From the human T2T-CHM13v2.0 reference genome, Homo sapiens, in NCBI RefSeq assembly GCF_009914755.1, contig NC_060942.1: a DNA stretch of 64,000 bases. The stretch is one strand, 5' to 3'. A model generated the notes under the pieces. That model did not search any database, was not told where the DNA came from, and worked only from the letters and a program-made list of their open reading frames with translations. Positions 13,096 through 27,469 of the stretch are shown here, piece after piece (position 1 is the stretch's first letter; the number at the start of each line of letters is the position of its first letter). The position numbers and the translations under genes are program-made.

Positions 13096-13364
13096 CATGA
13101 AATTCCAAGGAAAAGATGTCAGTTGTATTTGTCAGTGGGCAGAAGAATCTATCTGTGCAATAGTGAAAAATGAAAGGCTCCTCTCTTTGTACTTCCTGAA
13201 TTGAAAGAAAATTTGGTAATATAAGCAAAGCTTCTAAAATCAGACATCTTTTGAATTTTGGAGTATATATTTGCTACTTGATGTCTCAGGTCTGTTTCTA
13301 GGATTTCCATTTAATAAGTCAATTTGGGAATTTTAGAAAGCCTGATTTTATTTTTATTAAAGAA

Positions 13365-13720
13365 TGCATTTATTGGAGTATAATTTTTACATACTATGAA
13401 ATTCACCTCTTTTAAGTGTACAATTCAATGATTTTTAGTAAACACTATAAAGTGCTACTTATCATCACAATCCAGTTTTCGAACACTTTCATCGCCTCAA
13501 GAAGATTCCTCATACCTGTTCGTGGTTTATATATGTAACCCATAAACCCTGGATGATCACTGATTTACTTTCTGCTTCTATCCATTTGCTTTTCTGGGCA
13601 GTTCATACAAATGAATTTATACAATATGTGCCTTTTGTGGCTGGCTTGTTTCATTTAGTGTAATGAGGCTCATTTGTATAGTGGCAAGCTTATTGTTTTG
13701 CTTCTTTTTATTGCTGTATC
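13365..13720 (-). mobile_element. L1MB/L1ME 3' end fragment
   Basis: Contains aaattcacctcttttaagtgtacaattcaatgatttttagtaaa and atacaatatgtgccttttgtggctggctt. Confidence 0.85.
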
Positions 13721-14189
13721 TTGGTTGACTTTTGATATCAGTTCTATTGACGTGACAGGAAAATGGGGGGCAAGAAATGATTTCATCCTCTCCAATTTTG
13801 CCACCTGGGAAGCCTGATTCCATGGAATTGCCCCCGGAGCAGCTTCCCATAGGGAAGTCACCAAGGTTGAGTCCTCTGGCCCTCTTCCCAGGCTGTGGGG
13901 AGGAAATGTTTACATTCTTGTCTCTGATGACTATGCCACTAAATGGTTGGAAAATTGCCCAAGTAGGAGGCAGCAGCTCAGATTCCAGGAGGTGAATAAC
14001 AGCCTTGAAGTGCACATTAGTGAGGGCAGTGACACACCTGCCATTGAGCTTAGGAGTTTGGGGAAAGGAGTGAGTCCTCATGGGGAGGTGATGGAAGGGG
14101 TGTGTAAGTGTCACAGCTAGGGGTGACCCCGGTAGGGAGCAGGTGTGTTTTCTTGATTTGCTGGTTGTGAGAGCAAGGTAGTATGTGGT

Positions 14190-14395
14190 AGTGTTCCACA
14201 AGCAGGTTTGGAAATCAGGCCGAAGTTGGTTGACATTGTGACTTTGGGCTAATTGTGAAGCCTCCTAAATCCTGGGTTTCTTAATGTATATAGTCCTTAC
14301 CTTGTAGAGTTGTGAGAACTAAATGAGATGATGCAGACAAAATGCTTAGTAGAATCTCTGGCAACTAGAAAATTTTTAGTAGGTGTTAACTATTA
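14190..14395 (+). mobile_element. MIR SINE
   Basis: Contains tgtgactttgggctaatt and gttgtgagaactaaatgagatgatgcagacaaaatgcttag. Confidence 0.7.
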
Positions 14396-14871
14396 ATTTC
14401 TCACTTCTTGACAATAGAAAGTCTTACGTAATCTTGTGTTTTTGTTGGCTCCCTCCTTAAGTGTCTTTAAATGAAGATTAATTATCTAGAAAGACTAAAG
14501 TACTACATTTCTAACATAATAAAAATATGCAAGGAATTAATGGAAATGGTGTTTCCTCTTAGAAATAAAAACTAATTTACTTTATTTTCCCCTTCCCTTT
14601 CCCTGCCCTTGTTTTCCGTCTTTTCTTCCTTCATTCCTCATAACTTAATTCATACTCTAATTCCAATTACTAGTATTTATGTTGCTCATTATAGGTTATG
14701 AAGTGTTTTTTTTTTTTCATAGCCTTACTGCATTTGATCCTCATAGCAGTTCTGGAGAGAGCTGCCATTATTATTCTCATTTTAGATATGGAGATAATGG
14801 GACCTGGCAAAGTCACACTGCTCATAAATGGTGGGCATCACCTGCATTATTAGATATTGGGAATTAGAGAC

Positions 14872-15170
14872 TGTATTAGTTTCTTAGGGCTGCTGTAACA
14901 AGTGACCACAACCAGGTGGCTTAACAAACATAAATTTATTCTCTCATATTTCTCAGAGGCTGGAAGTTTGAAATCAGGGTGTTGGCAGGGTTGGCTCCTT
15001 CTGGAGATTCTGAGACAGAATCTGTTCCTTGCCTCTCTCCCAGCTTCTGTTGATTGCTGGAAACCCGTGGCATTTTTTGGCTTTTAACTGCATCCCTCCC
15101 ATCTGTGCCTCTGTCTTCATATAACATTGTTCCTTGTGTGTGTGTGTCTGCTATGTTTCCCTGAATATTC
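14872..15170 (-). mobile_element. MLT1B/C-type MaLR LTR fragment
   Basis: Contains tgtattagtttcttagggctgctgtaacaa, aaatttattctctca and gaaatcagggtgttggcagggttgg. Confidence 0.9.
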
Positions 15171-15285
15171 CTTTCCTTTTTTTAAAACATAGAAGCATCA
15201 TTAATTGGGAAGATATGAAGGAAACATTTCCATAATTGAAGGATCTTACAGATTAATTGCAAGAGTAGAAAGTGGTAGAGTTGTG

Positions 15286-15543
15286 TGGAGGCTGACGTGG
15301 GAGGATCACTTGAGACCAGGAGTTTGAGACCAGCCTGGGCAACACAGAGAGACCCCATCTCTACAAAAAATTTAAACAAATTAGCTCAGTGTGGTGGTGC
15401 ATGCCTGTAGTCCTAGATACTCAGGAGGATGAGGCAAGAGGATCACTTGAGCCCAGGAGTTCAAGGATACAGTGGGCTATAATCATGCCACTATATTCCA
15501 GCCTGGGTGATAGAGTGAAACCCTGTCTCAAAATAAAAGAAAA
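15286..15543 (+). mobile_element. AluJ, 5'-truncated
   Basis: gaggatcacttgag occurs in both arms and cctgggcaaca is present (J-type features). Ends in an A tail. Confidence 0.93.
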
Positions 15544-16049
15544 TGGCAGTCGCCAAGCAATGCAGAAGCTTTTAGTGACTTGGCTTATAAACCACTGAGT
15601 AGTGACCTTTGGTGAGGGAGAATCAGAAGGGCTGGAAAGGACAGACTGGCATGTGGAGATGCTGGAGCTTGTGCTTGGCTTCCTTAAATAAGAACAAAAT
15701 TTGACCTCCCAAAGCCAAATCCTTTGAACCCAGAAGATGGCATTAGCTGTCTGATGAAGTGAGGGGCAAAGTCTAAAGGCCAACACAGACATAATACATA
15801 AAGGCAAAACTCCAATCAAATATCACCTAAAGAAGGGTATATGAAATGAATAGGGAAAGAATATTAACTAGTAGCATTTTACAGGAATGCTTGGCAGTAA
15901 AACCTTAAAAAGTGAATGGGCTGAGTGGCAACAGAGAGGGAAGATGGAAGTCAGACTGCCCCTCTATTGTTGAATGAGAAACCCAGGGAATAAAATGGGT
16001 CTGGGGAGCTTTATAAAGAAAGTAGTGCTAGGTAAACTTTTTGTTTTGT

Positions 16050-16512
16050 TTTTGAGTAAAGTGAAAGCAAGTTTATTAAGAAAGTAAAGAAATAAAGAAT
16101 GGCTAGTCTCCACAGACAGAGCCTATGGTTGCCCATTTTTATGGTTATTTATTGATTATATGCTAACAAGGAGTGGATTATTTATGACTCCCCTTTTTAG
16201 ATCATATAGGGTAACTTCCTGACATTGCCATGGCATCTGTAAACTGTCATGATGCTGGTGTGAGTGTAGCAGCGAGGACGACCAGAGATCACTCTCATTG
16301 CCATCTTGGTTTTGGTGGCTTTTGGCTGGCTTCTTTACTGCAACCTGCTTTATCAGCAAGGTCTTTATAACCTATATCTTGTGATGACCTTCTATCTCAT
16401 CTTGTGATTAAGAATGCTTTAACCTCTTGGGAATACAGCCCAGTAGCTCTCAGCCTTATTTTACCAAGGCCCTACTCAAGATGGAGTTGTTCTGGTTGAA
16501 ATACTTCTGATA
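16050..16512 (-). mobile_element. MER41 (ERV1) 3' LTR, MER41A-like
   Basis: The minus strand begins tatcagaagtatttcaaccagaacaactccatcttgagtaggg and contains ccatggcaatgtcaggaagttaccctatatg, typical of MER41. Confidence 0.88.
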
Positions 16513-16790
16513 TTTCCCCCCTCCCTTTTATAAGAGAACCCTGAATCCTAAAGGTTGTAGAGGGATGAAGATCCATCTTCTGTAACTTCTTGAGGTTGAA
16601 TAGGGGCGATGATGTTCCTGCCTATTAGGGTCTCTTGTATTCCAGGTAAAGAGGAGCGCAGTCAGAAAGCATTGGTATGGTGAGAGCCACTCATAACTCT
16701 TGAGTTCCTACAAAAGGTGATATATGGAAGATTAATAAGTGTTTAATTTAAGAAAACATCCAGTAAGATTACTCTGCTCTTTAGTTCTGT
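16513..16790 (-). mobile_element. MER41 internal region 3' end with polypurine tract
   Basis: The minus-strand purine tract aaaagggagggggggaaa abuts the LTR start. Confidence 0.75.
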
Positions 16791-18469
16791 GAGAAGAATA
16801 CACAAGGCTCACTGGATCCCAAGGAAACTGTCTAAGAGAGCAGGGACTATATCTGCCATGTTCGTGGCTATGTTTCTCATGTAGGATAGTGTCAGAAATT
16901 TGCAACTGCTCAGTAAAAGTTTTAAGGGGAGAACGTAAAGGGAAATTCAGAGGTTCTAGCACATCCTGGAGGTAGGAAGGAGTAGGGTGGGTTAGTGTGC
17001 AGTTGGACCTCTACCATACGTGGGTTGGAGGATGCTCTTCATCTGGGCCTGAATTCCCAATCAGCACACTCAAATCCGCTAGGTGTGCTGGACAGGGGCT
17101 AGCCTGCCTCATCTTTGCTGGTCACGGCAAAATTCCAGAGCTGCTCCATTTGACATGTTTTCAGCACATAGCTCTGTCTGCACTGGACACTCGGTTGCCA
17201 GCTCTGCTTCTCTTTCTCCTGTCTGCCCACATGTTGCCCTTTGCATTAGACTCATGGTTTGCTTCCCAGATGGAATTTACCTCCCTCTACTCTGCTTCAG
17301 CCTTGCATACTTAAGAGTCTTGAACCCACTCAGGCTACAGACACCATACCTCAATAGTATCTTTACCTGGATATCCCTGGACATGGGTGGGATACAAGCC
17401 CATATAATAGAGGGTTAGACACATGAACCTGTTTTAAAGGGAAGAAAAAAGAGGAAGCCATTGAATTTTGTTTTGGGAAAATTAGTCTGTGTGTTTAAAA
17501 GATCAGTATTGATTAGTAGGGTTTTCTATTTGTCATCTCTTCCATGCTGAAATAATGTGGTATCATTGATACCGAAAATGTAATCCTTAAGAGCACCATA
17601 GGACTTGAGTTTTATTTTTAAAATGACTACTACATAGCAAATTATTCATTTAATAATTTTTCTATATCTGCAACGTGCCAGGCTTCACACAAGTGAATAC
17701 AGAGGTAAGGACACGGATTCTGTGGGGACTCCTCTGCCCCACGAATCGAATAGATTGTGGAGACTCACAAACTGTGTATACCTAACTAAAATATAAAACA
17801 AAACCATGGAAAAGGAGGGTAGAGATATCACTCCCAGTGGGAGATTCTCAAGCTGCGTTTAAATCTAGCAGCATTGTGGCTTGCCTAGTGGGTTGACCCA
17901 AAGGATGTTTGAGCAAGGAGTCGAGTTCTATTGTCTAGAATTTTAGATCAAAGCCTGCTTTCTGCCTGGCCCACGAGTGTGGCTTGCAGTGGAAGTGCCT
18001 GCCTATATCTCCAGACAGCTGTTTTTCCAATTTGCCCAGATGATCAGTGGAAGCATGCAGTTGGCTCTTCCGTAATTAATCTAGCTGATGGTTCCTCAAG
18101 TCACTCCTGCCAGCAAAAGACTCCATCAACAAGAGCCCAATAGGACACGGCCATGTGTCACCCCCTGTCCATGCAGAAGATCTTATTTATAAACGGTCAT
18201 ACATCTCTGATGGACATTTCTCTCATCTAAAAGCAAGGAGGAGAAGGGCCTTTTGCAGATTTTCAATCCCTGAAACCACCAAATGAGACTTGGAAGAGAC
18301 TCATTAAGCTGTGTAATTTGTCCTCAGGGCCCATCTGAGGGTTTCTTCCCATACATTTGTTCCTTCTCTGCTTGCTGAGTTCCAAGAGGCGAAAACCCAG
18401 AGCTCTCTCTGTCTCTGATGTTTCCTCATGCTCATTTCCTTTTTCCTTTGGCTCTTTAGGCATTTACTT

Positions 18470-18796
18470 TGTTTCTTCCTTTCTTTCCTTTTTTCCTTTT
18501 CTTTTCTTTCTTTCAATAGTGTTTTGGCTTGTCACCCAGGCTAGAATACCATGGTGCAATCAGGGCTCACTGCAGCCTGAAATTCCTGGGCTCATGTGAT
18601 CCTCCCAACTCAGCTTCCCAAGTAGCTGGGATTACAGGGACGTGCCACCATACCCAGCTAATTTTAAAAAATTGTTGTAGAGTCAGGGTCTCATTGCATT
18701 GCCCAGGCTGGTCTTGAACTCCTGGGCTCAAGTAATCTTCCTTGCCTTGACCTCCCAGAGTGCTGAGATTATAGGTGTGAACCATCACACCTGTCC
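18470..18796 (-). mobile_element. AluJ with degenerate T-rich tail
   Basis: Contains gtcacccaggctag, gaactcctgggctcaag and ccatcacacctgtcc. Confidence 0.92.
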
Positions 18797-19069
18797 TTAA
18801 TTCATTTCTATATCACATATGGAATATCTGTTATTTGTTCAGCAGTTAGGAAGGTGAGCTAAGACACAGTGCCTGTTCTCACACTGATCACATTATTTGG
18901 CATGAGGCAGAAATGTCTTTTTCTTTCCTTCTAGTACTACTGATATTTGGAAGGTCAAGAATATTACTTTTACAAACAAGCCTCTACCATCCAAAGGCTC
19001 CAATACTTACATAGATTTATAGTATGGCATTTGCATATATGTCCCTTAAAAAATCTTTTTCGAAACTAT

Positions 19070-19265
19070 AAATATAATGTAATAAAACATAAGCTTTGGA
19101 ATCAGAGCGATCTCAGGTTAAGCCATAAGGCCTGTATTTATTACTTGTGTGACCTTGACCTCTTTCAGCCTCATTTCCTTTAAGTATAAGATGATGGGGC
19201 TGTTGTGAGGATTCAACTAAAATAGCAGCATGAAGAAGCAAGGTAGGTGCTCAGAAATTGTCTAT
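19070..19265 (+). mobile_element. MIR SINE
   Basis: Contains ctttggaatcaga, tgtgtgaccttg, cctcatttcc and gttgtgaggattcaa. Confidence 0.75.
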
Positions 19266-20589
19266 TCTCATCCCCCTCCTAGAAAAAGGAATGCTGTTTT
19301 GTTGATTTTGTTGTCCTTTTATTGCCTTCAGTCAAGCCTTACACATGAAAGATGCAGAATATAGTCCTTGTTGATTAAAACAAATGAGTAAATTGATGAA
19401 TGAATAATAATTAAAGTCTGTCTCCTTTAAGGGCAGGGCAAAAGGAGAAGTATAATTAGGCACAGGAGGACAGGTAGAATGAAGCACTAAAGTAAGGCTT
19501 TATACTGTGAGGTCTTGCAAACCCCACCACTGTGTATGAGCTTGAAGGATACTGAGTCTGGAGGATCCAGATCTGGAACAATGACATAGCACTGCTCCTC
19601 TGGCTACCAGAGAGCCACTCCTAGAGCCTTCTAGGACAAGATCTATTAAGCCGTGAAGTGGGCAATTTGACCTCAAGCCTTTGTCTAAGGCTCCAGCTCC
19701 TTTAATCTGCTCCCTGGATGCCTCCCACGTCTTTCTGATTAACCTCACTGCTCTTTGCATTGTATCTCTTCTTTTAGGATGTCCTTAAACCCAGGTAAGA
19801 GGGTCATCTGCCATGGAAACTGCACATGAGAGAGATCCACAAGTTACAAACATGCAAAAAAAATGTAAATATTTTAAAGACATCTGCTTACCTCTGACAT
19901 TAAGGGTCCAGCGTGACCTATAATTCTAAACACCTACTGTTTTGATGATCACTGTTCAGGCCCTAGGAGAAAAGTATCTCTACATCTCTTGTACCATATC
20001 TTTAAAACAAAGGGGACTGCAAAGAAATCTTTGAAGGTTTATTAGTTGTGATATACCTGGTGTCATAGACAATTTCTGTTTTGGCATGCAAGAAGGATTT
20101 GAGCTGAGGTGCTTAGGTAAGAGAAAAGATAAATTAATTTGTCAAATCCTTTCTCTCAGACAGCATGAATGTAATAAATTTTTGCATAATGAACTATCGT
20201 TTCCCAAGAGTGCCAAGCATCCGTTTTCTTCTCCTTCTGTTCTAATCTGTAGATCCAGAAGTATTCAAGGATTAACACATTTTCTTCAGTTACACACAAT
20301 GGAAAAGGAATACTCTCAATATTGAACAATTTATATTTTAAAGTTAACTTACATATTATGAGTATAAAGCTGGATAGTAATTCTTTACATTATTCTATGG
20401 GTCTAAACATTGCTTTAAGTGACAGTGAAAATCATGATGTTAGTCACAGTGAGTTGTGTATTGGCATTAAAATATTTTATAGTATATTTGCCATGTGATT
20501 TATCCCTTTGGACTGTACAATAATAAACATTATTTGAACAATTTATCATTCAATTCCAAATCTAGGCATCACTTTGAAATAGGAAATTT

Positions 20590-20690
20590 CAGTTACCAAG
20601 TGCAAGGTTAGCACCTCATGACCCTGAGAGTGACTGCTGCCTTCAATTTTGCACCCAAGGTGCCTTGTTACCTCATGTTAGTCCTAGCAG
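20590..20690. mobile_element. MER91-like hAT fragment
   Basis: ccttcaattttgcacccaaggtgcc...ttagtcctagc resembles the recalled MER91 end. Confidence 0.45.
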
Positions 20691-20697
20691 CCCTGCT

Positions 20698-20898
20698 TTA
20701 AAGGGCCAGCTAGTAAACATTTCCTCCTTTGCAGGCCACACAGGCCCATCAAAACTACTCAGTTCTGCCAATGTAGCACAGAAGCACCCACAGACAATAC
20801 ATAAGAGAATGGGCATGGCTGTGTTGCAATAAAACTTCCTTTTCAAAAACAGGCAACTGGCCCGATTTGGCCCCAAGTGATAGTTTTCTGTCCCCGGT
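20698..20898 (+). mobile_element. MER58A (hAT-Charlie) MITE
   Basis: Contains taaagggccagctagtaaacattt, actactcagttctgcc and atgggcatggctgtgttgcaataaaactt. Confidence 0.88.
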
Positions 20899-21205
20899 GT
20901 AAACAACAAAGTTAATTCTTTTTCCTGCCACCTATCCATTGTGGATCACTGTGGTTTATTCTCCACATTTCTTTCTGAACCCCAAGTGGATAGAGCTGTC
21001 ATCATCTTGAGTATTGGTTGATGTTGTGCAAGAGAAAGAAAAGGCTTTTCACTTGCCTTAGCAATTAAGGGCTCAGAGACAGAAGGGACACATTATTTTA
21101 GCTCATGATTCATTGGCTAGAATTAGTCATAGGACCACACCTTACCATAAAGCGGCAATGAGAGCTGTGATAAAGGTTCAGATTAGGTGTTGAAAGAATA
21201 CAGTG

Positions 21206-21516
21206 GGCCGGGTGCAGTCGCTCACACCTGTAATCCTAGCACTTTGGGAACCGAGGCGGGTGGATTACTTTAGGTCAGGAGTTTGAGATCAACCTGGCCG
21301 ACATTGTAAAACCCCTTCTCTACTAAAAGTACAAAAAAATTAGCTGGGCATGGTGGCGGGCGCCTGTAATCCCAGCTACCTGGGAGGCTGAGGCAGGAGA
21401 ATCACTTGAACCCAGGAAGCGGAGGTTGCAGTCAGCTGAGATCATGCTACTGCACTACAGCCTGAGCAACAGAGCAAGACTCCATCTCAAAAACAAAAAC
21501 AAAAACAAACAAAAAA
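21206..21516 (+). mobile_element. AluS (Sx-like)
   Basis: Full dimer with ggtcaggagtttgag and gaatcacttgaaccc, and an (AAAAAC)n tail. Confidence 0.95.
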
Positions 21517-21518
21517 GA

Positions 21519-21924
<406 letters not shown>

Positions 21925-22009
21925 CTATTTTGATATTAATTTAGCAAAGACAGTAGAATTTATTTTCTAGATATGTTTTAATTAGAGTTAATAAAAGGTA
22001 TATTTTCAT

Positions 22010-22997
22010 GTTTTTATTTATTAATTTTTTCACTTTTAGTTTCAGGGGTACATGTGCAGATTTCTGCATAGGTAAATTGCATGTCATGGGGGTTTTGTGG
22101 ACAGATTATTTTGCTACCCAGGTAGTAAGCATGGTACCCCATAAGGCAATTTCTCCAACCTCACTCTTCTCCCTCTCTCCACCTTCAAGTAGGCCCTGGT
22201 GTCTGTTGCTTCCTTCTTTGTATCCATCCATATTTACTCAGTATTTAATTCCTGCTTATAAGTGAGAACATGTGGTGTTTAGTTTTCTGTTTCTATGTTA
22301 GTTCAGTTAGGATAAATGGCCTCCAGATCCTGCTGCAAAGGATGTGATCTTGTTCTTTTTTATGGCTACATAGTATTCTGTGGTGTATATGTACCACATT
22401 TTTTAAATCTAGTCTATCATTGATGGGTTTAGTTTGATTCCACATGTTTGCTATTGCAAATAGTGCTGCAGTGGTGTGTCTTTATGGTAGAATAATTTAT
22501 ATTATTTTGGGTTTATACCCAACAATGGGATTTTTGGGTCAAATGGTAGTTCTGTTTTGAGTTTTTTGAGAAATTGCCAAAATGCTTTCCACAATGGCTG
22601 AACTAATTTACTTTTCCACCAGTGGTGTATAAGCATTCCCTTTTCTCTGCAACCTTGCCAGCATCTATTATTTTTTGACTTTTCAATAATAGCCATCCTG
22701 ACTAGTGTGAGATGGTATCTCATTGTGGTTGTGATTTTTATTTCTCTAATGATAAGTGATGTTGAGCATTTTTTAAATATAATTGTTGGCCACATGTATG
22801 TCTTCTTTTGAGAAGAGTCTGCTCATGTCCTTTGCCTGCTTTTTAATGAGGTTGTTTTTTTTCTTGTTTATTTCTTTAATTTCCTATGGATTCTGGATAT
22901 TAGACCTTTGCCAGAGGTAAGTTTGCAAATATTTTCTCCTATTCTGCAGGTTGTCTGTTTACTCTGTTGATAGTTTCTTTCAATGTGCAGAAGCTAA
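22010..22997 (-). mobile_element. Older primate L1 (L1PA15-16/L1PB type) 3' end
   Basis: ORF2 peptide [27 protein letters not shown] and 3'UTR ttcaggggtacatgtgcag...acccaggtagtaagcat. Confidence 0.92.
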
Positions 22998-23601
22998 GCT
23001 ATGTTTTTTTATGCTAAGTTGGTTTAGTGTAGACAGAGAATATTTGGGTGCTGCATATCTATTCATTTTGAAAATTTGTCTTCTAACAGTGTTATAACAT
23101 TTAAAGTAATTACTAAAATGGATGATAGATTATCTCGCTAGCTGTTTTCTATTTGTTTCATGTTGAGGATCTTTTGTTCTCTTTTCTTTTGCCTGTTTTT
23201 GGATTGATTATTTTTTATAACCCTTTTATCTTCAATATTAGCTTATAATTCACACCTGTTTCAAAAAATTTTGCTGTTTTTTTCCTGGGGTTTGTAGCAT
23301 ATCAATTTAATTATTTGCATCTTATATTCCAGTATTATTATAATACTTCACATATATAATAACTTTAACTTGTTTCCAATTGCCCACTTTTAAAGTTTTT
23401 GCTATTCTTATGATGCATTTTATTTTCATATATTCCATATATCCAAAATACATTGCTATTTTTTTTTTGCCTTAGTCAATTATCTTTTAGAGTGATTAAA
23501 CATAGGGAAAAGCTTCTTTTAAAATATTTACATTTTTTTCTGTTATAAATAAATCAGAGTCTCTGTAGTGTAGATATGCTAATAATAAATTCTCTAAAAT
23601 T

Positions 23602-23922
<321 letters not shown>

Positions 23923-24770
23923 AATTCTCTAAAATTTTGTCTTAAAAAAGGGCAATTTATTTTTGAAAGGTATTTTCACTGTTCGGAATTCTCTCAGCAC
24001 TTTAAAGAAGTCATTACATTGTCTCATGAAGTTTGCTACATTCTTATACTTCTTTCTTTTCTGTTTTTTATTCTGCTTGCCTTTAATATTTTCTTTTTAT
24101 TGTTGTTTTCTTCAGCTTAAATATGAAGACTTTAAGTTTTTGCTTGTTTGTTTTTGTATTTATCTGGCTTGTGGTTCTCTGAGATTCTAGAATATGTTTA
24201 ACCATGACTCCTTCACATATTTCTCTCCATTTTCTTTCTCTTCTTCTCCTGGGATTCTAATTGCACATGTGAATGTTGGATTTTGTTCCTCAGCACTTAG
24301 ATACTGTATTCTGTTTTCCCCAATACCACATTGTCTTTCTTTTTCAGTTTGTGTAGCATCTACTGAGCTTATAGTTCCGGGTTCACTCCTTCTTTCCTTT
24401 GTTGTGTTGTCTGCTGGGGAGCCTGTGGAAGGCACTCTTAAGCTTTGCTACTGTGTGTTGTTTTTATGCCTAGCATTTTCATTTTAGTCTTTATTATAGT
24501 TCCGTCTCTGCTAAAATTTTCCATTTATTCGTACATGTCATCCGTCTTTTCCACTAACATAATAATAGTTAATTATATCAATAATTATTCTTTTAAATTT
24601 CATATCTGATGATTCCAACATCTGGGTCATCTCTGAATCTGATTCTTCTAATTTCCTTTTTTCTTAATAGAAGGCTGTTTGTCCTTGCTTTTTTGTGTGT
24701 ATTATTTTTTATTGAACGCTGGTATTTTGTGTAGAACAATAGAGACAGGGGTAAGAAATATATATTTCTG

Positions 24771-24895
24771 GGCTGGCCACAGTGGCTCACACCTGGAATC
24801 CCAGTGCTTTGAGAGGCTGCAATGAGCTGCGATTGTGCCGCTGCACTATTGCCTGCATGACAGAGAGAGATGCTGTCTTTAAACAATAAAAATAA
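24771..24895 (+). mobile_element. Internally deleted old Alu
   Basis: The Alu 5' start (to gctttgagaggctg) is joined directly to the 3' end (caatgagctgcgattgtgccgctgcact) and an A tail. Confidence 0.8.
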
Positions 24896-27469
24896 ATATG
24901 TATTCCTGAGCTGGGCATATCTCTTCTTCTGCTCAGCTGTTATTGCGGAATGTTTACTAAATTTAGTTGGTAGTTGAGCTAGATTTAGATTTTGTTGTTA
25001 TGCTTACCTTCAGTATACCACTGAATTTAAATTTTTCAATCTTTGCTTTGTACTTAGGCTGGAGGCTGCTCTGCTGGAAGATTTTCCCTCAATGTTCCTG
25101 ATTAACCCTCAGCTTTAGGCCTCCCTTGTTCTCTTTCCCCACGTAGAAGAGCTCTGTATTCTCCTGAGCTCCCTCTATAGTAGGCTGCTGCTGGTTGTGA
25201 CTTTGTGCTCACTGGCCCGATGATTAGGGCCAGAAGGCTTCTTGGTTATCCAGCCTCAGCCTCAGTCAGGTCTTGTGTTCCTGGGTCTCTGGAGAATGCC
25301 TTTCCCAGTGATCTTGCCTCTCTCAAACAGATAGGAGATCAATGATCAGAACCTAGGATGGTTTCTTGTCTTTTACCCATTCTATACTTTACCTGCAGCT
25401 GCTAGAAATGTTCCAGTGTCCTGAGACCACAGTATTTGACGCTCTTCCCACAGCAGCTTAAACCTTTAGTTTTTGAGGGGAAAAGAACCCAAGAAGGAAT
25501 TTTCTTCCTTTCCCACATCACTGGTCTCTACTCTCCCAAAGATTCACACTGCTGATGAAAGTTTTCTCTGGTTTCCTGCCTCTGGCATTTTCATGAGCCC
25601 CCACTGGAGACCTATAAAGAAAAGTCAGCAAGTGAATGATAACTCACTTTGTGTTTGTGACTCTCCACAACCAGTGTGTCTATACCCTCACACTATTCCA
25701 CATTCACATCCAGCAGTTCATTGAAAGTTTTAACCAATGTTTTAAAATATCCATTTGTGTGGTGGCCCCATCTTCCTCTGTGCTCTGCTGTAGGTGAGCC
25801 AGCATCCAACTTTGCTGGTAGACAGGACAGCTGGTTGCCCTGTAACCTAAGCTCTTTGATGGGTTCAGGAAACTTTATGCTTTTTCTAGACTATAAATGG
25901 CTGTTTTTGTTTGGGAAGAGTAATGCTCTTCCTAACTTTACATACCCAAGGCAGAAGTCAGAAATCTGTGTTGTTTTGGAATGACCTCTTTTCTCCATGA
26001 GGATTATGTTCCGCTTTATACACATGGGCCAACACTGGTTGAGAATGAGATCATTTTCTATGGCTTTCCTAGAACATCTAGTTTATACACGAACCGAGCT
26101 ATAATTATGCTGTGAATTTATGTGAAATTGCTTTGTCAAATTATCTTTAAGCAAATTTGATTGAGCACTCTTATGTAGTTAAAACAAAAGCTTCCTCCTT
26201 AGATGTCTAAAAACTTAGGTCATGATCCTGTCTCTGTCATTTTATGGCTTAGTGATCTTTGAGCAAGTCACTGGACCTCTTTGGCTTTCAACTTTCTGTA
26301 AAATGAGGATGCTGAACTAGTAGTTTCTGTGGCCCACAAATTACCCTAAGGTCAATGATGCTGTGTAAATTTTCTTTTATCCATATAATTACAGTACAGG
26401 TGTTATTCTCATTTTACAAAGAAACGATTTTTTAAAAAGCCAATATTATACACTTTGGCATTAGATTCTAAGTATAGCAGAATGCTGAATTGTCAAACTT
26501 GATTTTGTTCTCGAAGAAGGGTTGGGTTAAACCAAAACACAGAGCAGGTGGTATATTTTCAGCACCTGGAATTTCAACCCAAAGTTTTATTCTCTCTCTT
26601 CTGCAGAAGGCCTAATTCAGCTACCCTTAAATATGGTGTATAAGTTACATGCTATCGAGTATGTAGTCAAATTATTATAATAACAGTGTGTGTGAGAGAA
26701 AGAGAGAGATGAAGGCTATTAATGAGTTATAGATTGGGTACATTTGAGGACTTAAAGAGTTGGAATAAGATCTCAGGTCTTTCCATTTTAATACCAGTGT
26801 CCTTTTTACTAGGGCATGTTCCCTAAGTGGGGGTTTCTACTACCACCACTGAGCTGTCTTTAAAAATCAGAGCCCTGTGACTCAGAAAGTTTCTAAATGT
26901 TGGAGTATTTGTCTCTATAGCCATCTTCATTACAGAGCAGGATATTCAGCACTGAATCAACTCCCCTGTTTGGAATCACATTTCAAAGAAAATAGACCAT
27001 AGAGATATGATTTGTCCCCTCTTTCATTCAGTGGTTCAGAATAAGAAAGGTCATCTCACTGGCTACATAGTAAGTGTGTGGAAGTGTGAGTGAGTGTGTT
27101 GGTAAAAGCCACAATGTTGACTTCATATGGGCATTCATTCTCATCTCCATCTCAACCTGTACAAAATTTATACATCCTTCAATGTCCAATTCAAATCTTA
27201 CCTTATTGTAAAAAAGCTTTCTTGACCTATTCTAGAACTAATAAAAATTTAGTTCTATTTCTTAACTCCTATAATATATATTATTCAAATGGTTTAGTAT
27301 GATAAATTAGTAGAAATTGACCTGTTAAGGAATTTCATATTTCTACCTTTACATCCTCAGCAAATGAATGTTAGGAACATAGGAAGGACTCAGTAAATAA
27401 TTTCTGAAGCTTACTTTTGTTGAGATTTTTAATCTTGAAGATAAGAACAATACCTTCTTCTTTATATTA

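Noticed and set aside
13617-14201. Longest ORF (194 aa, minus strand)
   Set aside because: It has a non-ATG start, runs into an L1M remnant and shows no recognisable domain, so it is most likely a chance ORF.
17716-17747. 11-bp hairpin gattctgtgggg…ccccacgaatc
   Set aside because: It is short, lies in an L2-like remnant and is plausible by chance.
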